Shown here one piece after another: positions 43,757 to 58,333 of a stretch of 64,000 nucleotides of DNA (the stretch's first letter is position 1; each line of letters starts with the position of its first letter). The position numbers and the translations under genes were made by a program. This DNA is from Eledone cirrhosa (taxonomy: Eukaryota). The stretch spans positions 47,616,001 to 47,680,000 of the forward strand of contig OZ024746.1 in the NCBI GenBank assembly GCA_964016885.1. The letters run 5' to 3'. Below the pieces are notes generated by a model. It saw only the letters and a program-made list of their open reading frames with translations, was not told where the DNA came from and did not search any database.

Positions 43757-44008
43757 GCCAGCGGATTGGCAGTATCTCTAGGTTAACTTTGCCTTTCATT
43801 CTTACGGGGTCGATAAAATAAAGTACCAGACACACACTGGGGTCGATTTAATCGACTTTCCCCTACCCAAAAATTGTTGGCTTTTACGGTCTGAGTTCAA
43901 ATCCCGTCGAGGTTAACTTTGCCTTTCATCCTTACGGGGTCGATAAAATAAAGTACCAGTAATAGACTGGGATAATTGCTGGCCTTGTGCCAAAAGTAGA
44001 AACAATTA
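43757..44008 (+). mobile_element. Two adjacent Deu/Nin SINE pieces
   Basis: The core ggttaactttgcctttcatYcttacggggtcgataaaataaagtaccag occurs at 43781 and 43912. Confidence 0.85.
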
Positions 44009-44056
44009 TTTATACCAACCGACTGTATATAAAGTTATTTCTGCGTCTGAATTTCT

Positions 44057-44152
<96 letters not shown>

Positions 44153-44526
44153 TCTCTCCCATTTCTCTCTCGATATATATATATATGTGCCTGTTTCTGT
44201 GTATAGTGAACTAACTGTTGTGTTACCACTTCTACTTAACTCGTCCCATGGACTGAGTGCTCTACCACTACGGATATTACCTTCCAGTGTTTTACCTCTC
44301 TCTCGCTCTCTCTCTCTATATATATATATATACGTGTGTGTATGTGTGATGCTTTCATGTAATCACATAGACCAGAGGTACACAAACTTTTGGGGCCATC
44401 GCCCCCACCCCTCACGGCCACGTAATACCCTCAGTGCCCCACCCCTATTTCCAGAGAAACCTCCCTACACACAAATTGATTGTAAATAATACCTAAATTA
44501 AATTATTAATTCATATATAATATATA

Positions 44527-44690
44527 ATTATTTCTACTTTTGGCACAGGGCCAGCAATTATCTCAGTGTATTACTGGTACTTTATTTTATCGACCCTTTA
44601 AAGATGAAAAGCAAAGTTAACCTCGGCGGGATTTGAACTCAAACCGTAAAGGGGCGTAACTCTATGCTGCAAAGTATGGTGTCCGACCGA
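44527..44690 (-). mobile_element. Deu/Nin SINE
   Basis: Reverse complement of the 22501-22664 family. Confidence 0.85.
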
Positions 44691-44748
44691 TACTATATAC
44701 TATATATAAATAAATATATATTTTTGATTTTACTATATTTATATATAA

Positions 44749-45487
44749 CTAGCAGAAAAACTACCCTACGGGTGGTTTTCTGCTAGCATGTGTAGTGTGT
44801 ATATTGATATTATACACAAATATATATGCATGTAGATATGATACATCCAATAAAATCGTAATTGACAATATGCACAGAAATTGAACGAAGTCTGTGTTAC
44901 ACTGTCTTCTGTAATCAGTAAAGTAATCCATGATACATTTAAAAAAAGATGCCATTATATATAAACTGCATTAGGAGAAAATTAGCGACGGAAATATATG
45001 CGATAATATAACGGCCGCTAAAACAGCCGCTAACCGGAAGTGTTGACATTTGAAAATTTTAAAGAAGTGAATTTTATAGGTCTTTAAATAAGCTATAAAA
45101 TATATTTAATCAACAGCCACGAAATTTAGCACATAAATTATGTAATATTCATTCATTATTTATTCAAAGGTTCTGAGTTCAAATCCCGCCGAGGTTGACT
45201 TTGCTTTTCATCCTTACGGGGTCGATAAAATAAAGTACCAGTAATGCACTAGGTAATTGCTGGCCTTGTGCCTAAAGTAGAAACAATTATTTATTCAAAG
45301 GTTGACTTTGCCTTTATTCCTTACGGGGTCGATAAAATAAAGTACCAGTAATGCCCGGGTAATTGCTGGCCTTGTGCCTAAAGTAGAAACAATTATTTAT
45401 TCAAAGTAATCCAACTTATTTTACAAACGGGGTAAAAAAATATATTCTGGATGCAATCCCGCACTCCTTTCTTTATTATAGTTAAGA
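44749..45487 (-). mobile_element. Non-autonomous Helitron
   Basis: The minus strand begins A|TCttaactataataaag and ends with a hairpin (ctagcagaaaa-ccacccgtagggtagt-ttttctgctag) and CTAG|T. The host repeat resumes after it, as shown by the empty second unit at ~45660-45700. No TSD. Confidence 0.8.
45170..45405 (+). mobile_element. Deu/Nin SINE with tandemly duplicated 3' part, nested in the Helitron
   Basis: aggttgactttgc...gtagaaacaattatttattcaaag occurs twice (45192-45300 and 45299-45407). Confidence 0.85.
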
Positions 45488-46925
45488 TATGTTTCATTTG
45501 ATGTTTAATATATTATTATATCATCTCTACTGCGCTCCATGACCACGTAATACCCTCAACACCCCCACACCTATTTCCAGAATGACCTGCCTACATGCAA
45601 ATTGTAAATAATATATAAATAAAATCATTAATTTATATATAATAAATAATATAATTTTTATTTTACTATATTTATATATGTATCATTTGATATTTAATAT
45701 ACTATTATATCATCTGTACCACCCCACACCTACCGCCCCATTAGGCCCCAGTGCCTCCCCTGGACCTACTCAACCCCTTACGAGAGCCGATAACGCTCAC
45801 TTTGAGAACTTCTGACATAGACGTTGTCGTCTGTTACACCCCATGGATCAGTTGGATCTGTTTTTGAGATCATGACAAAGCGCTCTTCTACAACTAGAGT
45901 CAAGAAGGAATTAAGTGTACAACGACAGTAACTATCAATCGCTTCTAAAACATTGTGTATCAAAACGTTGCATATCATACTGATGTACCCTGGAGTGTAA
46001 CTAGGGTATAACAAGCAAGGCACGTGCCATGGGCGGATCTTGGACTAGAAATACGTTTTATTAAAGTCAAATAGGCCTCGTCGGAGAGTGAAAAAAAAAA
46101 ATCGTTCAGATGTGTGATCTGTCTCTGATTATCATGGATGAGAAGCACTATGCTGGATCATTAAACCATCCATATAAATTATTAGGCTCAGGGGCTCAAT
46201 TTCACTTGCTTGCCATAAGTGCTATTTTCCCTAGTTAAGCCTCTGAATGTACCCATTAGTAACAGGCTACATTGGGCTTACACAGCACTTATTAACGATG
46301 CCAAATGTTGTCCATTTTCAAGAGAAGTCGCTACTAGTTACTTTTGAAGTCTTCTTTGAACAGTCAGATGTCAGTTTGCCTGGAAAAAAACAATGCAGGT
46401 ATTAATAAGAAGAGTTGAAATTAATGTATGCAATATTTTACAGCCCTAGCATCACTCCTTTATAGTCATCTTATGAAATTTTAGCCACCCTCGTAAATGT
46501 CGTCTGCACTAGAAAAACAACTCATTTTATCAGCTATTTCTGGAGAACACAACAACAATTAAGAAATATATTTGGAGATCAAGAGATAAACGAATCATCA
46601 GAAATGCTAAATGAATAATGTCACCAGCGCTTAGGGATCAGCAACTAGTACAGTTACAAAAAATCTTCATATTATTCTCCACCATACTTCAATAGTAAAC
46701 AAAATAAATTAATTATTTTAACTTCAAAGCAAACCATCATGATACATCATGAATGGTAAATGACACCAACATCCATGTTATTACATGAAAGCAAAGTTGC
46801 AAACGTAAAACGAATCGTCCTTAATATTTTTATCAATCAGGTGATGTATGCATTCGATGAACAGCCGATTGAACGAAATCCTTTTTCAGATAATATACAT
46901 TCTTGTTGTCCTTAAATACGAAACA

Positions 46926-47044
<119 letters not shown>

Positions 47045-47472
47045 TTCAATATCAAATATTCTTTTGAAGCTAATGATTTCCTCCGTCAACTTGAATTTCT
47101 CACAAAGGCACTTGTGTATAGAAGAAAGAACTGTGCATAGTACCGAGAGGAATTACATTAGCCTCACGAAAAATTCATTTATACACACAACACACAACAC
47201 ACGCATTTCTTTAGAACCGTTTTATCCAAATTGTCTGAAATTTGAAGAATTTAGACTGGGTCTAAAAATATTGGTTGCCAGGAGGAGACAAAACGGCCCA
47301 CACGCAACTACAATACTATCATTTAATTTTTATATCAAATAAATAAAATTTTTTTTAAATTCTCCCTATTTCTGTGTATGACCGTCAAATTCTAAAATAA
47401 AAATACAGATTATAGAATATATTAAGAATTTCTTACCTTATCCAATAAAAAAGATCTTGTGAAATATACACA

Positions 47473-47534
<62 letters not shown>

Positions 47535-47625
47535 ATAAATATTTGCTCTACGGGTCTTATATATTTGATATATATTTATCCTTATCGAGCCCTCTTTGGA
47601 TTTTAGTCTTCACATTTATTATTAT

Positions 47626-47667
<42 letters not shown>

Positions 47668-48133
47668 TTGTGTATATATATATACACACACACATAATGG
47701 TAAGGGTTGCAACTCGCTTGATATTTAAACATGAGCATCACGGACGTGGCTTTTTAGTCCTGCTAGGGACTTGCCTATAGACAGCAATGCCACGTATTGC
47801 AAAAATGTTATATCAAGCGATGCCTGTGCTCGACAGATTTTAAGTGAGGAAACGCTTTGCACAGGGACAATTCCGTTCTGTGAACATCGAATGCGTTTAA
47901 CCAAAAAGTACATCATTGGATACAAACGAAGTCGCAGGTCTTATATCAGAGTAACATTCTCCTAAAGAGATGTCTTAATGAAGACGAGGAGTTTCTCGCT
48001 ACAAACAAGGGAAAAAAAATACTTTTTTGGATGACCATTGACTCTCCTGAGTTCCTTCGCCCTATTACAGGTTTTGTTTTTCATCCCGCAGGGTGTCCAA
48101 AATCACCCTCCTCCTAAAGTGTGACCTGGCATA

Positions 48134-48228
<95 letters not shown>

Positions 48229-49381
48229 TGTATAGAGGCACAAATATATAAAGTCTCCTGGAATATCATTGATTACAGGTCTGTTCGATCGGGGTCGCAA
48301 CAACAACAACAGCAACTACAATGACAACAGCATGTCGGTAAAAAAGGCTCCATTTAGTTGTTATACCTATAAGAATTAACAGCTAAATCTTCATATCACA
48401 CGCTGCCACCCTAAAAAGGTAAGGACACATCATGCATAAACTCTGCAGGCAAACCAGACGGGTTAGTCACAATTGGTTATAGGCCTGCTTGATCAATGCT
48501 GACCTTGGGCTAAACACAGCAACAAGACCCGGTTTAAGACGACTTCTTGGTCCTTGGCTGTCGCAATAATTTAGATCAGGACTCTGGGTTGGATATATCT
48601 TCCTTCTTTTTCATTAGTTTTGGAAGCCCCGAAAAGAGTAATGGGCACCATCCTTCTCCTCCGACTAAACAGTAAATAAAAGAACAACACGATGACAGTG
48701 TGATAGTCAGGAAACCACTATATAGTCACAGGACTTGCTGGTCACTGCAACCAAATTGACATGAAATTACACCATACCAAATGAAGGCGTAAATAATTGA
48801 AAATCGTTAACTTTTTAAAAGAAATCAAAACTATTATAAGCTTTATTTATATCGTTATATCTATCTATGATATATTAACTTCGTATAAAATTTCCTTTTA
48901 TTTAATGTTTTTCTGATATGTTCACATCATAATCATATATTTATATTATTCTTCACATGTAATCCATTGAATGAATAAACAAATCCCAGTGTTTTAAATA
49001 TCTTAAACTTATTAAACTTATAAAATACATTTTATTTTCAAATCTGATACGATACCGATTTTTCATAAGAGACATTCACCCCAAGAGGTTAATATGAGAA
49101 AATATTTAATTCTGAGACACTTTGAAAGACAATAAAGTCAATGGTGAAATCAAAGCTGTTATATGCAGAGAATTAAATTATGATGAGTCAACAAGGGAAA
49201 TTCTTCGTGGTTACACAATTTGTTAAAAATAGCAGATAAATCTCAACCAAATTATACTTTAACGCCTTAAAAATATATACTTCATAATATACTGCTAGAT
49301 ACACTGTGGTTGACAAAACGAAAAGAAAAGACGGTTTGTTCACATCTTGAAAGTTTTTCATCATAGAGATTTTCTCGGCTG

Positions 49382-49434
<53 letters not shown>

Positions 49435-49442
49435 TATATATA

Positions 49443-49680
<238 letters not shown>

Positions 49681-49755
49681 TTATATATACATACATACAC
49701 ACATATATATATATACACATACATATATACCATATACATATATATATATATACAA

Positions 49756-49823
<68 letters not shown>

Positions 49824-49871
49824 ATGTCTATATATACATACATATTTATATATATATATAAATGTATATAT

Positions 49872-49942
<71 letters not shown>

Positions 49943-49977
49943 CATACATATTTATATATATATATAAATGTATATAT

Positions 49978-50071
<94 letters not shown>

Positions 50072-50072
50072 G

Positions 50073-50135
<63 letters not shown>

Positions 50136-50136
50136 G

Positions 50137-50213
<77 letters not shown>

Positions 50214-50712
50214 GACAACAACAAGAAACACAAAAATTACGACAGCAATCACGACGAAGACGACAACAACAACAACTCCGCAGACGACACCAATCATGAG
50301 GCTGACACTAACAGCAGCAACAATAACAACAATAACAGCAATAACAAATTGATCAAAATTTTACAATAACAAAAGCAATAACAAATACAAATAAAGAAAA
50401 ATATGGATGAGTAAAAGGCACACACACACACACACACACACACACAGGCAATACATTCACAAACACATATATTCACACACACATACACTCACACAAGCAA
50501 TACACATACGCACACGCATACACATACACACTCACATACACATACACGCACACATAAACATCACAAATCATACACAGGCATAAAAAAACAGGCACACATA
50601 CACTCACACAAGCAACACACACACATACACACACATACAACACACAAACAACACACATACACACACAAACAACACACAAACAACACACATACACACACAT
50701 AGATACACAAAC

Positions 50713-50785
<73 letters not shown>

Positions 50786-51179
50786 TTATAAGCGAAAGAC
50801 ATGAACGAATCAAGTGGCTTGGTCTGCGCCGAGAATACACGGATTTATAACAGACTTTTAACTGCCACCACGACCACCACTACCAACAAGACCTTCCACC
50901 AATCTTAAAATCGATAGCCAATCAGCCAATCAGCTAGATGGTGACGTCTCATCCATTATACATTGGAGAACGTCCGTTTAATTTTCTCGATTATATCCTA
51001 TACAGTCTTTTGATGCATAATTCATATAATTTTAACAGTTTATACATACATACACACATATATGTATATATATGTGTGTATGTATGTATATGTATATATA
51101 CATACATACATACGTACATACACATGAATAAACATACATACGTACATAACATGTACGTATATATATATAGATACATGTG

Positions 51180-51227
<48 letters not shown>

Positions 51228-51263
51228 TATATGTGTATTTATATATATATATACATACATACT

Positions 51264-51303
<40 letters not shown>

Positions 51304-51370
51304 AGAGGAATTGAGTAAAATCGAAGTTGCGGCGCTCGGCCAGCATTCATATATATATAAATATATATGT

Positions 51371-51457
<87 letters not shown>

Positions 51458-51466
51458 AATATAAAT

Positions 51467-51497
<31 letters not shown>

Positions 51498-51661
51498 CAA
51501 TTGTGTGAATTTGTGTACTCAGTCAAGCATATTGACTGACCCAGGCGTTCTCATATAGGCCCACGTGTAAACTCAAGTTTTCGTCTGATAACCCTGGGAG
51601 CAAGCAGGTGAAACTCCATATTAACAAGACTCACTATTTAGCCTGAAAACCTCAATAAAAT

Positions 51662-51708
<47 letters not shown>

Positions 51709-51710
<2 letters not shown>

Positions 51711-51757
51711 CGGAAAAGAATGAAACGAAATTTCATTTCTCACTCTTAGTACGGCCG
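51709..51757 (+). repeat. ~50-bp mini hairpin+tail element (3 copies: 51709-51757, 52637-52689, 62507-62557)
   Basis: aacggaaaaaatgaaacgaaatttcatttcccactcttagtacggc; each copy directly follows (TA)n. Confidence 0.8.
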
Positions 51758-51854
51758 ACTAACTGACTCGATATGCAAATTAGGCTGCTCAGGCGTTAAT
51801 ATGCATAAGGAAACTATATACTTTCAAACGTTCAAACATCTGACAGAAAGGTAT

Positions 51855-51897
51855 ACAATGCTGACGATGGCTAATAAGCTTGAAACTAGTACATCGT
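51855..51897 (+). ncRNA. Compact type I hammerhead motif (family F)
   Basis: acaatg-CTGACGA-tggct-aata-agctt-GAAA-CTAG-TA-catcgt. Confidence 0.8.
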
Positions 51898-52102
51898 TCC
51901 TGTGTCAGTGTTGAACAAAAGGGCGACGATGGTTGCCGAGCACTGTACGGCGTAATTCGGGCTGTTTGTTTACAAACAAACCGAACATTATAATAAATGT
52001 TCGGTAAACCCATACGTACATATATATATATGTGTGCATGCATGTATATATATATACATACTACTGTACGTCTGTACATATATATGTATGTACGTATACA
52101 TA

Positions 52103-52180
<78 letters not shown>

Positions 52181-52183
<3 letters not shown>

Positions 52184-52354
52184 CGAAGGAAATGTGGTAA
52201 GGAACCAGGTGGGCCATAACGCACCAAAGTACTCAATACTTAGGGTAGTAGAGTGGATAATAGGAACTAGTAGGACCCCAACGGCTGAGCTCAAGCCGTT
52301 TCGACGGCTAATTCGAAACGGCTTGAGCTCAGCCGTCGGGGTCCTACTCGTTCC
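52181..52354 (-). mobile_element. Family A copy 3 (reverse orientation)
   Basis: Tail on the left, hairpin at 52263-52354, (TA)n flanks. Confidence 0.88.
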
Positions 52355-52576
52355 TATATATATATATATATATATATACACCATTAAGATATTTAAGATA
52401 TTTTGATCAGCTACGATGAGTATGGGTTCTCCGTAACCCTGACCTTGTTATTCTGTCGAAGTCTGTCCTGTCATGCATCATAATTGGATGACGGAGCTGG
52501 GCCATTGAAATATGTATAGTGATTTCACGGAATTAAAATTTACAGCATATCTTCTAGTACGGCCTTCTGTTGTCGC

Positions 52577-52640
<64 letters not shown>

Positions 52641-52904
52641 GGGAAAAATGAAACGAAATTTCATTTCCCACTCTTAGTACGGCTGTTACTTAAATATAAG
52701 TATGTACACGTACATACATATATGTATACAGACGTACAGTAGTATGTATATATATATACATACATGCAGCACACATAAATATATGTACGTATGGATTCAC
52801 CGAACATTTATTATAATGCTCGGTGTGTTTGTAAACAAACATCCCGTATTAAGCCGTAGTGTCAAGCAGCCATCGTTGCTCGTTTGTTCAACACTGACAA
52901 AGGA

Positions 52905-52947
52905 ACGCTGTACTAGTTTCAAGCTTATTAGCTATCGTCAGCAACGT
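52905..52947 (-). ncRNA. Compact type I hammerhead motif (family F)
   Basis: Minus strand: acgttg-CTGACGA-tagct-aata-agctt-GAAA-CTAG-TA-cagcgt, with a 6-bp stem I. Confidence 0.85.
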
Positions 52948-53078
52948 ATACCTTCCTGCCAGATTGTTGAACGTATATACTTACCTTATGCATATTAACG
53001 GCTGAGTAGCCCAATTTACAACAAACGAGCAACCATCGTTGCTCGTTTGTTCAACACTGACATATATATATATATATA

Positions 53079-53403
53079 CGGGATAACAGATTATTGCTAT
53101 AAGTAGTCCACTTATGTGTAGTCCAGTTAGGGTACTCCGAGTAGTGGATGATATCAACGCTTGGCTAAGTTTGACTCAACAAGGCGTTTCCATAGTGATG
53201 CTGCGAGTACGCGGTGATTTCTATGTTGTTGACACTTGGAGTAATGATAAATCAAGAAAGAAGAGTGACACGGTTTGCTATACAAAAAAGGTTTTTAATC
53301 ACATTGCTGACAATTGTTTTTCTGAACTGGTAGGTCTAGAGATCGCTACCCGCCTGTTTTCGCGTCATTCGATCACCAATCAATTCATCGGAGCTAGCGA
53401 GAA
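53079..53403 (-). mobile_element. PLE terminal repeat with degenerate CCGATGA hammerhead
   Basis: Minus strand: tagct-CCGATGA-...accagttcaga-AAAA-CAATTG-TC-agcaatg. Homologous to 29697-30037, with TA flanks. Confidence 0.7.
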
Positions 53404-53879
53404 TATATATATATATATATATAGCGATAATATATATATATATATATAGGTGTCAGCTTAGTAAAATCGAAGCTTTGGCTGCGGCCAAGCAAAGTCGACC
53501 CACAATTAGGAATGAGTAGCAAAGCACTCAATAAGGGTAGGTCTTCAGAGTAATACCATTACGTTTAGATAGCTTGACAAATTGAAAATTTGCGGCAGGC
53601 AAAACCCAACAAATATAATACCAAAACAACGAAAAAACTAATCAGGTTAGACAACACACACACACATATATATATATATACATACATATTTTTTTAGTTG
53701 TATGCATAGTTTGTGCCCTCGGCCGGTTCTCTTGTCACATTTTATACGGTGGACCTAATGTTTGTTTTTAACTTTCGATCGATTGAGTGCTCTGTGATAG
53801 CCTCAAAACAAATCGAATAGTAATTGCTGTACAGCAGCTAAAGTTCCATTTACAAATATCAAATATATATATATATATA

Positions 53880-54043
53880 GGAAAAAGTATGACCCCGACG
53901 GCAGAGCTCAAGCCGTTTCGTCGAAACTTCTTGAGCTCTGCCGTCGGGTCATACTTTTTCCTATTTCCCACTCTACTACTCTAAGTATTGAGTACTCTGG
54001 TGCGTTATGGTCCATCTGGTTCCTTACCACATTTCCTTTGTTA
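53880..54043 (+). mobile_element. Family A copy 4
   Basis: Hairpin with an almost completely deleted loop (gtttc-gtc-gaaac) plus the family tail. Confidence 0.88.
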
Positions 54044-54107
54044 TATATATATATATATATACATATATACTGTGTATATATATATATATATCTTATTTCT
54101 CATTCTT

Positions 54108-54143
54108 TCTTCTGATGAGGGACTAGCGTCCGAAACGTTAAGA
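54108..54143 (+). ncRNA. Minimal type I hammerhead motif
   Basis: tctt-CTGATGA-gggac-tagc-gtcc-GAAA-CG-TT-aaga, with a loopless palindromic stem III (AACGTT). It lies in a ~120-bp insert between (TA)n tracts. Confidence 0.72.
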
Positions 54144-54204
54144 CCCTCTTCCTGCTATATCAAGCGTTAACCTAATATACTGTACCGATTGTGTTGTCAT
54201 TTTT

Positions 54205-54275
<71 letters not shown>

Positions 54276-54277
<2 letters not shown>

Positions 54278-54472
54278 AAAAGAGTCAGGACCCCGACGGC
54301 TGACCTCCGGCCGTTTCGACAGCTAAATGCGATCGGATCTAGTTGTTTAAACGGCCGGAGCTCAGCCGTGGGGTCCTGACTCTTTTCCTATTACCCACTC
54401 TACTACCCTAAGTATTGAGTACTTTGGGGCCTTATGGTCCACCTGGTTTCTTATCACACTTTCTTTGTTTTA
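54276..54472 (+). mobile_element. Family A copy 5 (diverged subfamily)
   Basis: Same architecture; subfamily substitutions are mirrored in both arms (agtcagga/tcctgact, ccggccg/cggccgg). Confidence 0.85.
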
Positions 54473-56421
54473 TATATATATATGTGTGTGTGTGTGTGTG
54501 CGTGTGTGTGTGCGTGTGTGTGTGTATGTGTGTGTAGGGAATTAAGGGAAATCATTAAATCGTCAGATAAAATGCATTGCTGCATGTTCCAGGTCTACGT
54601 TCTGAGTTGAAATCCTACAGAGGCCAGTTATTGCATTTGATCTCTTCGGGTTCCATATATATATATCAATTCAAGGTAGTGGTTCAATGGAGTTGTTACA
54701 GCGCCGAACGAGTTGTCTTTCCTATTTGTTTTCGGGAATTTTCCTAACGCTGTTTAAAAAACACATAAATAGGAGGGTCGGCTGAATAGTTCATAGGATG
54801 ACCAAGTTATTCTCAAGGAATGACCAAATAAGATTCATTTTTCAACATTCAAGTGTCTTTTGTGGTTATGAAAACGGAAAGGGGAGGGAAAGGCAAGGCT
54901 CTAGTATTTCATTATTACGATGATATTTGTAACATAACGTAACATACGTAAAATTACGTTGGAAGGTTTTAATTTAAATAGAACTCTTTTGAAATAGGAG
55001 GTATCATTTTATAGAATCAGAAGCGGTTTTGGGTGATTTTGTACCAAAAGGGTTAAATCATATACATTGACTTTGCCTTTCATCCTTACGGGGTCGATAA
55101 AATAAAGTACCAGTAATGCACTGGAAAATTGCTGGCCTTGTGCCAAAAAGTACAAACAATTATGTGGATAGGGGAACTGCATATTGTAATCATAGATGGG
55201 CTATGCCTGAAAATTTATAATCGGGTATTGTCACGCTTGGAATGATTTTTATAATAGGTCTGTTATACAGGGAATAGCCCGAGACTAGGAATCAACACAT
55301 AGTAATAGGCACTGCCTGCTACAGGTACTATGTAACCCAGTACAACCTGATTCGAGGTCGAGTGGTCGACGACTACACCGGCTCCCCACCAGACTCTGGT
55401 CTGGTGGGGAGGATAAGTAGAACCCCAGCAGCACACAAACACCAAGAGCTGTTAAAAGGTTGGATAAACTCTCCAGAGTCAACGGCCATCCAACCCAACT
55501 ATGGGTTAAATAGCCCCACCCACCCGCAATTGACCAAGTATGGTGAGTACAGCTACACCCCTGACATGACCAAAACCAAATAGAAAGCGGTGAAAGTCAA
55601 TCAGGGAGGTGTTCCTCCGACAAGAGTGAGAAGGCCCTGGATTGGAATAGGCACATGATCTAAGGGATGATTGCATCGAATTAAACAACAATACAAGATA
55701 CGAACCGTCGACTTGTAAGGCTTCCAGTCCGGCATACTTTCCACTCGATTGTCTGTGTATCCCAAATCAACATCATATCATTTTATTCTATGAAATATTG
55801 TGTTTTAGCAAATAACACTGTCCTTGACAAGATCACATAATATCTATTTAATATCTCACCGTACGACAGATTACTTGATATTATGTAAATATAAATGTTC
55901 CTTTAGCCATTCCATTTGCAAGAATATGCAGAAATCATTGACAAGTTGATACTAGTTGATATATTTTTTCTTGTTTTTCAAATCACTTGATCTTATTTCT
56001 AGAATAATTCTATGATCAATTGGCTTTTCGGGACACCACTGTTTTTCGATGGCCCGATCAACAATTCCTGTTATCCTTCAACCAATCTTGGTATTCGTTG
56101 TCTGATAGGAGGCTAAAATGCCTTGGAGACGTTTGATATCTTTAGTCTGATTATGTGAATTTTCCAGCATTTTGTTCACAGAGATAACATGTTTCAGGGA
56201 AACATAGTATTATTCACGTTGTTGAAGCGGACGCCATAAAGCAACTAGAGGTAAAGCCGCTTTCGAATTCCGCTTGAAGCCAATTCACTTTAATTATGCT
56301 TCAAATATCCACTCGCTTACACTAAAATTTATCATGTTGTACTAGGTCAAAACCAGAAAATTGTTGCCCACTCAATTTTAGATGCGGTGGGTGGGCTTTT
56401 CAATTTAAAGAACTGTTTTTT

Positions 56422-56456
<35 letters not shown>

Positions 56457-56621
56457 CTAAAAAACAACAAAACAAGCAAACGACCATCGATGTATTATAA
56501 ACAAAAATACATAAAAGAAAACATGAATTTAGCTAACTTTTTTTCTTACTGAATGCGATTTTCGATTTTGCTTTAATGTCCGAGTCTAAGTCCTAACATA
56601 TTTTAACAAAAAATTGAAAAT

Positions 56622-56790
56622 ATAATTGTTTCTACTTTTGTCACAAGGCAAGCAATTACCCAGTGCATTACTGGTACTTTATTTTATCGACCCCGTAAGG
56701 ATGAAAGGGTAAAGTTAACCTCGGCGGGATTTGAACTCAGATCGTAAAGAGACGTAACTATGCTGGAAAGCATGTCCGACCCTCTACCGA
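56622..56790 (-). mobile_element. Deu/Nin SINE
   Basis: Reverse complement of the family consensus. Partial + copies also occur at 55067-55162 and 58093-58150. Confidence 0.88.
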
Positions 56791-57578
56791 ATATAATGTA
56801 CCAGCTTCAGCCCTCGGTAATCAGAAGGGAGATAGGTGTAAAAGCCAAACTCGCTATCTTCAATTCGACATTCGTGCTATTATTGTGAATTATTAATCAA
56901 GTACAAGTTGCCAGCACGTGTACTATTATACAAATTAGACAGATCAGTTTAGCTGAGTCCCAGTTTCTATACACTATACGTTGTGGACTGAAAATTCTTA
57001 GACTGGCTATGAAGGAGTGATGCTAGTGCTGTGAAGTCTTGCAAGAATCAATTCAACCCTTCTTATTAATAAGTGCATTGTTTCTTTCTAGTGACTAAGT
57101 TGAAAAATAAACCTCTTTTGGGCATTCCTCATGGAATGTATCTTACCAAGAGTATCCTGGTAAGCCTATGAACTTTTCAGTCGACTCTCGTAAATAGCAA
57201 TAAGATGCTTATCTCTCCGGAAGAAGAAGGTTTTTTTCTTTCCTCTGATAATAGTTTAACAAGGCTTGGTTGGAACTAAAAAAGATTCCATTTTACGTTT
57301 TCTTCCATCGGGAGGATAAAATAAAGTGAGAGAACCATCTCGTTTATTTTTCACAGCGAATTTAAAATTGTGTTTATCGAACAAGACATATTTTTCTTTA
57401 TATTTCTCCCCAAGCTACCAAAATGTTTATCGCATATCGAAGTTTTCTGACCATTTTAAAGTGCAAAGAGCTGCTAAACTAACCACTACAACTAATTTGT
57501 CCAAATTGAACCCCCCCCCCCCTCATACAGAAATGATTCCACCGCCTCTGATATGTATATATGTATCAAGTCATGTAT

Positions 57579-57611
<33 letters not shown>

Positions 57612-57613
57612 CT

Positions 57614-58090
57614 AATAGTGAAAATAATGAAATTAAACAAAATACGGGTAATTCATAGTAAAACTCATTATTTTACGATCGTTTCTGGGGGGAAGCTCTC
57701 CGTATGTTTATTCTATTAGTGATCTATGTAAAATATATTACAGATTATCAAAGTAAGAAAATATACATACGTCTTCTCTACCCGCCGTCTCCTGAAGACG
57801 TATGTATATTTTCTTACTTTGATAATTTGTAATATATTTTACATAGATCACTAATAAAATGAACATACGGAGAACTACCTCCCCCCCAGAAACGATCGTA
57901 AAATAATGAGTTTTACTATGAATTACCCGTATTTTGTTTAATTTCATTGTTTTCACTATTTGTATTATTTTGACTCTGCTTCCAATGAATTATATCGTTG
58001 ACATTTTGTATTTTAAACTTTGCTTCACGACATCTTCTACAAACGGATTACATTGAGTTCTTCATACGGCTTGGATCCTACCATTATTTG
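57614..58090 (+). mobile_element. Fold-back element family D (~165-bp arms + tail)
   Basis: Arms at 57614-57776 and 57794-57960 with a 17-nt loop. CTGAAGA at 57792 and GAAA-CGATCG-TA at 57889-57900. The right boundary is approximate. Confidence 0.75.
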
Positions 58091-58218
58091 GTAAAGTACC
58101 AGTAATGTACTGGGTAATTGCTGGCCTTGTGCCTAAAGTAGAAACAATTATTTGGTGGATTTATATATATATAGTGACGAAACATAAGTCAATTGCATGA
58201 ACTTATAATCCTTTATTT

Positions 58219-58274
58219 ACTGCTATATATATTTCGATGATAGCCATTGAATGGCTATGACCTCATCAGGCAGT
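58219..58274 (-). ncRNA. Type I hammerhead motif in a ~170-bp solo element
   Basis: Minus strand: actgc-CTGATGA-ggtcatagccat-tca-atggctatcatc-GAAA-TATATA-TA-gcagt. The element (58173-58338) lies between (TA)n tracts. Confidence 0.88.
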
Positions 58275-58333
58275 TAGTCAGTTCTTAGATATGCCAGCTC
58301 TGTGTTTATAGTGTTGATGGTATCAGAGCCTTG

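Larger units (their letters stand above)
44373..45770. mobile_element. hAT-like MITE with internal tandem duplication, hosting a SINE and a Helitron
   Basis: Starts with cagaggtacacaaactttt (Charlie-like terminus). The unit ccacgtaataccctca...ctatttccaga... occurs at 44418 and 45543. Confidence 0.55.

Noticed and set aside
55740-56330. Possible hAT transposase remnant on the minus strand
   Set aside because: Only vague motif resemblance with many stops; not supportable by eye.
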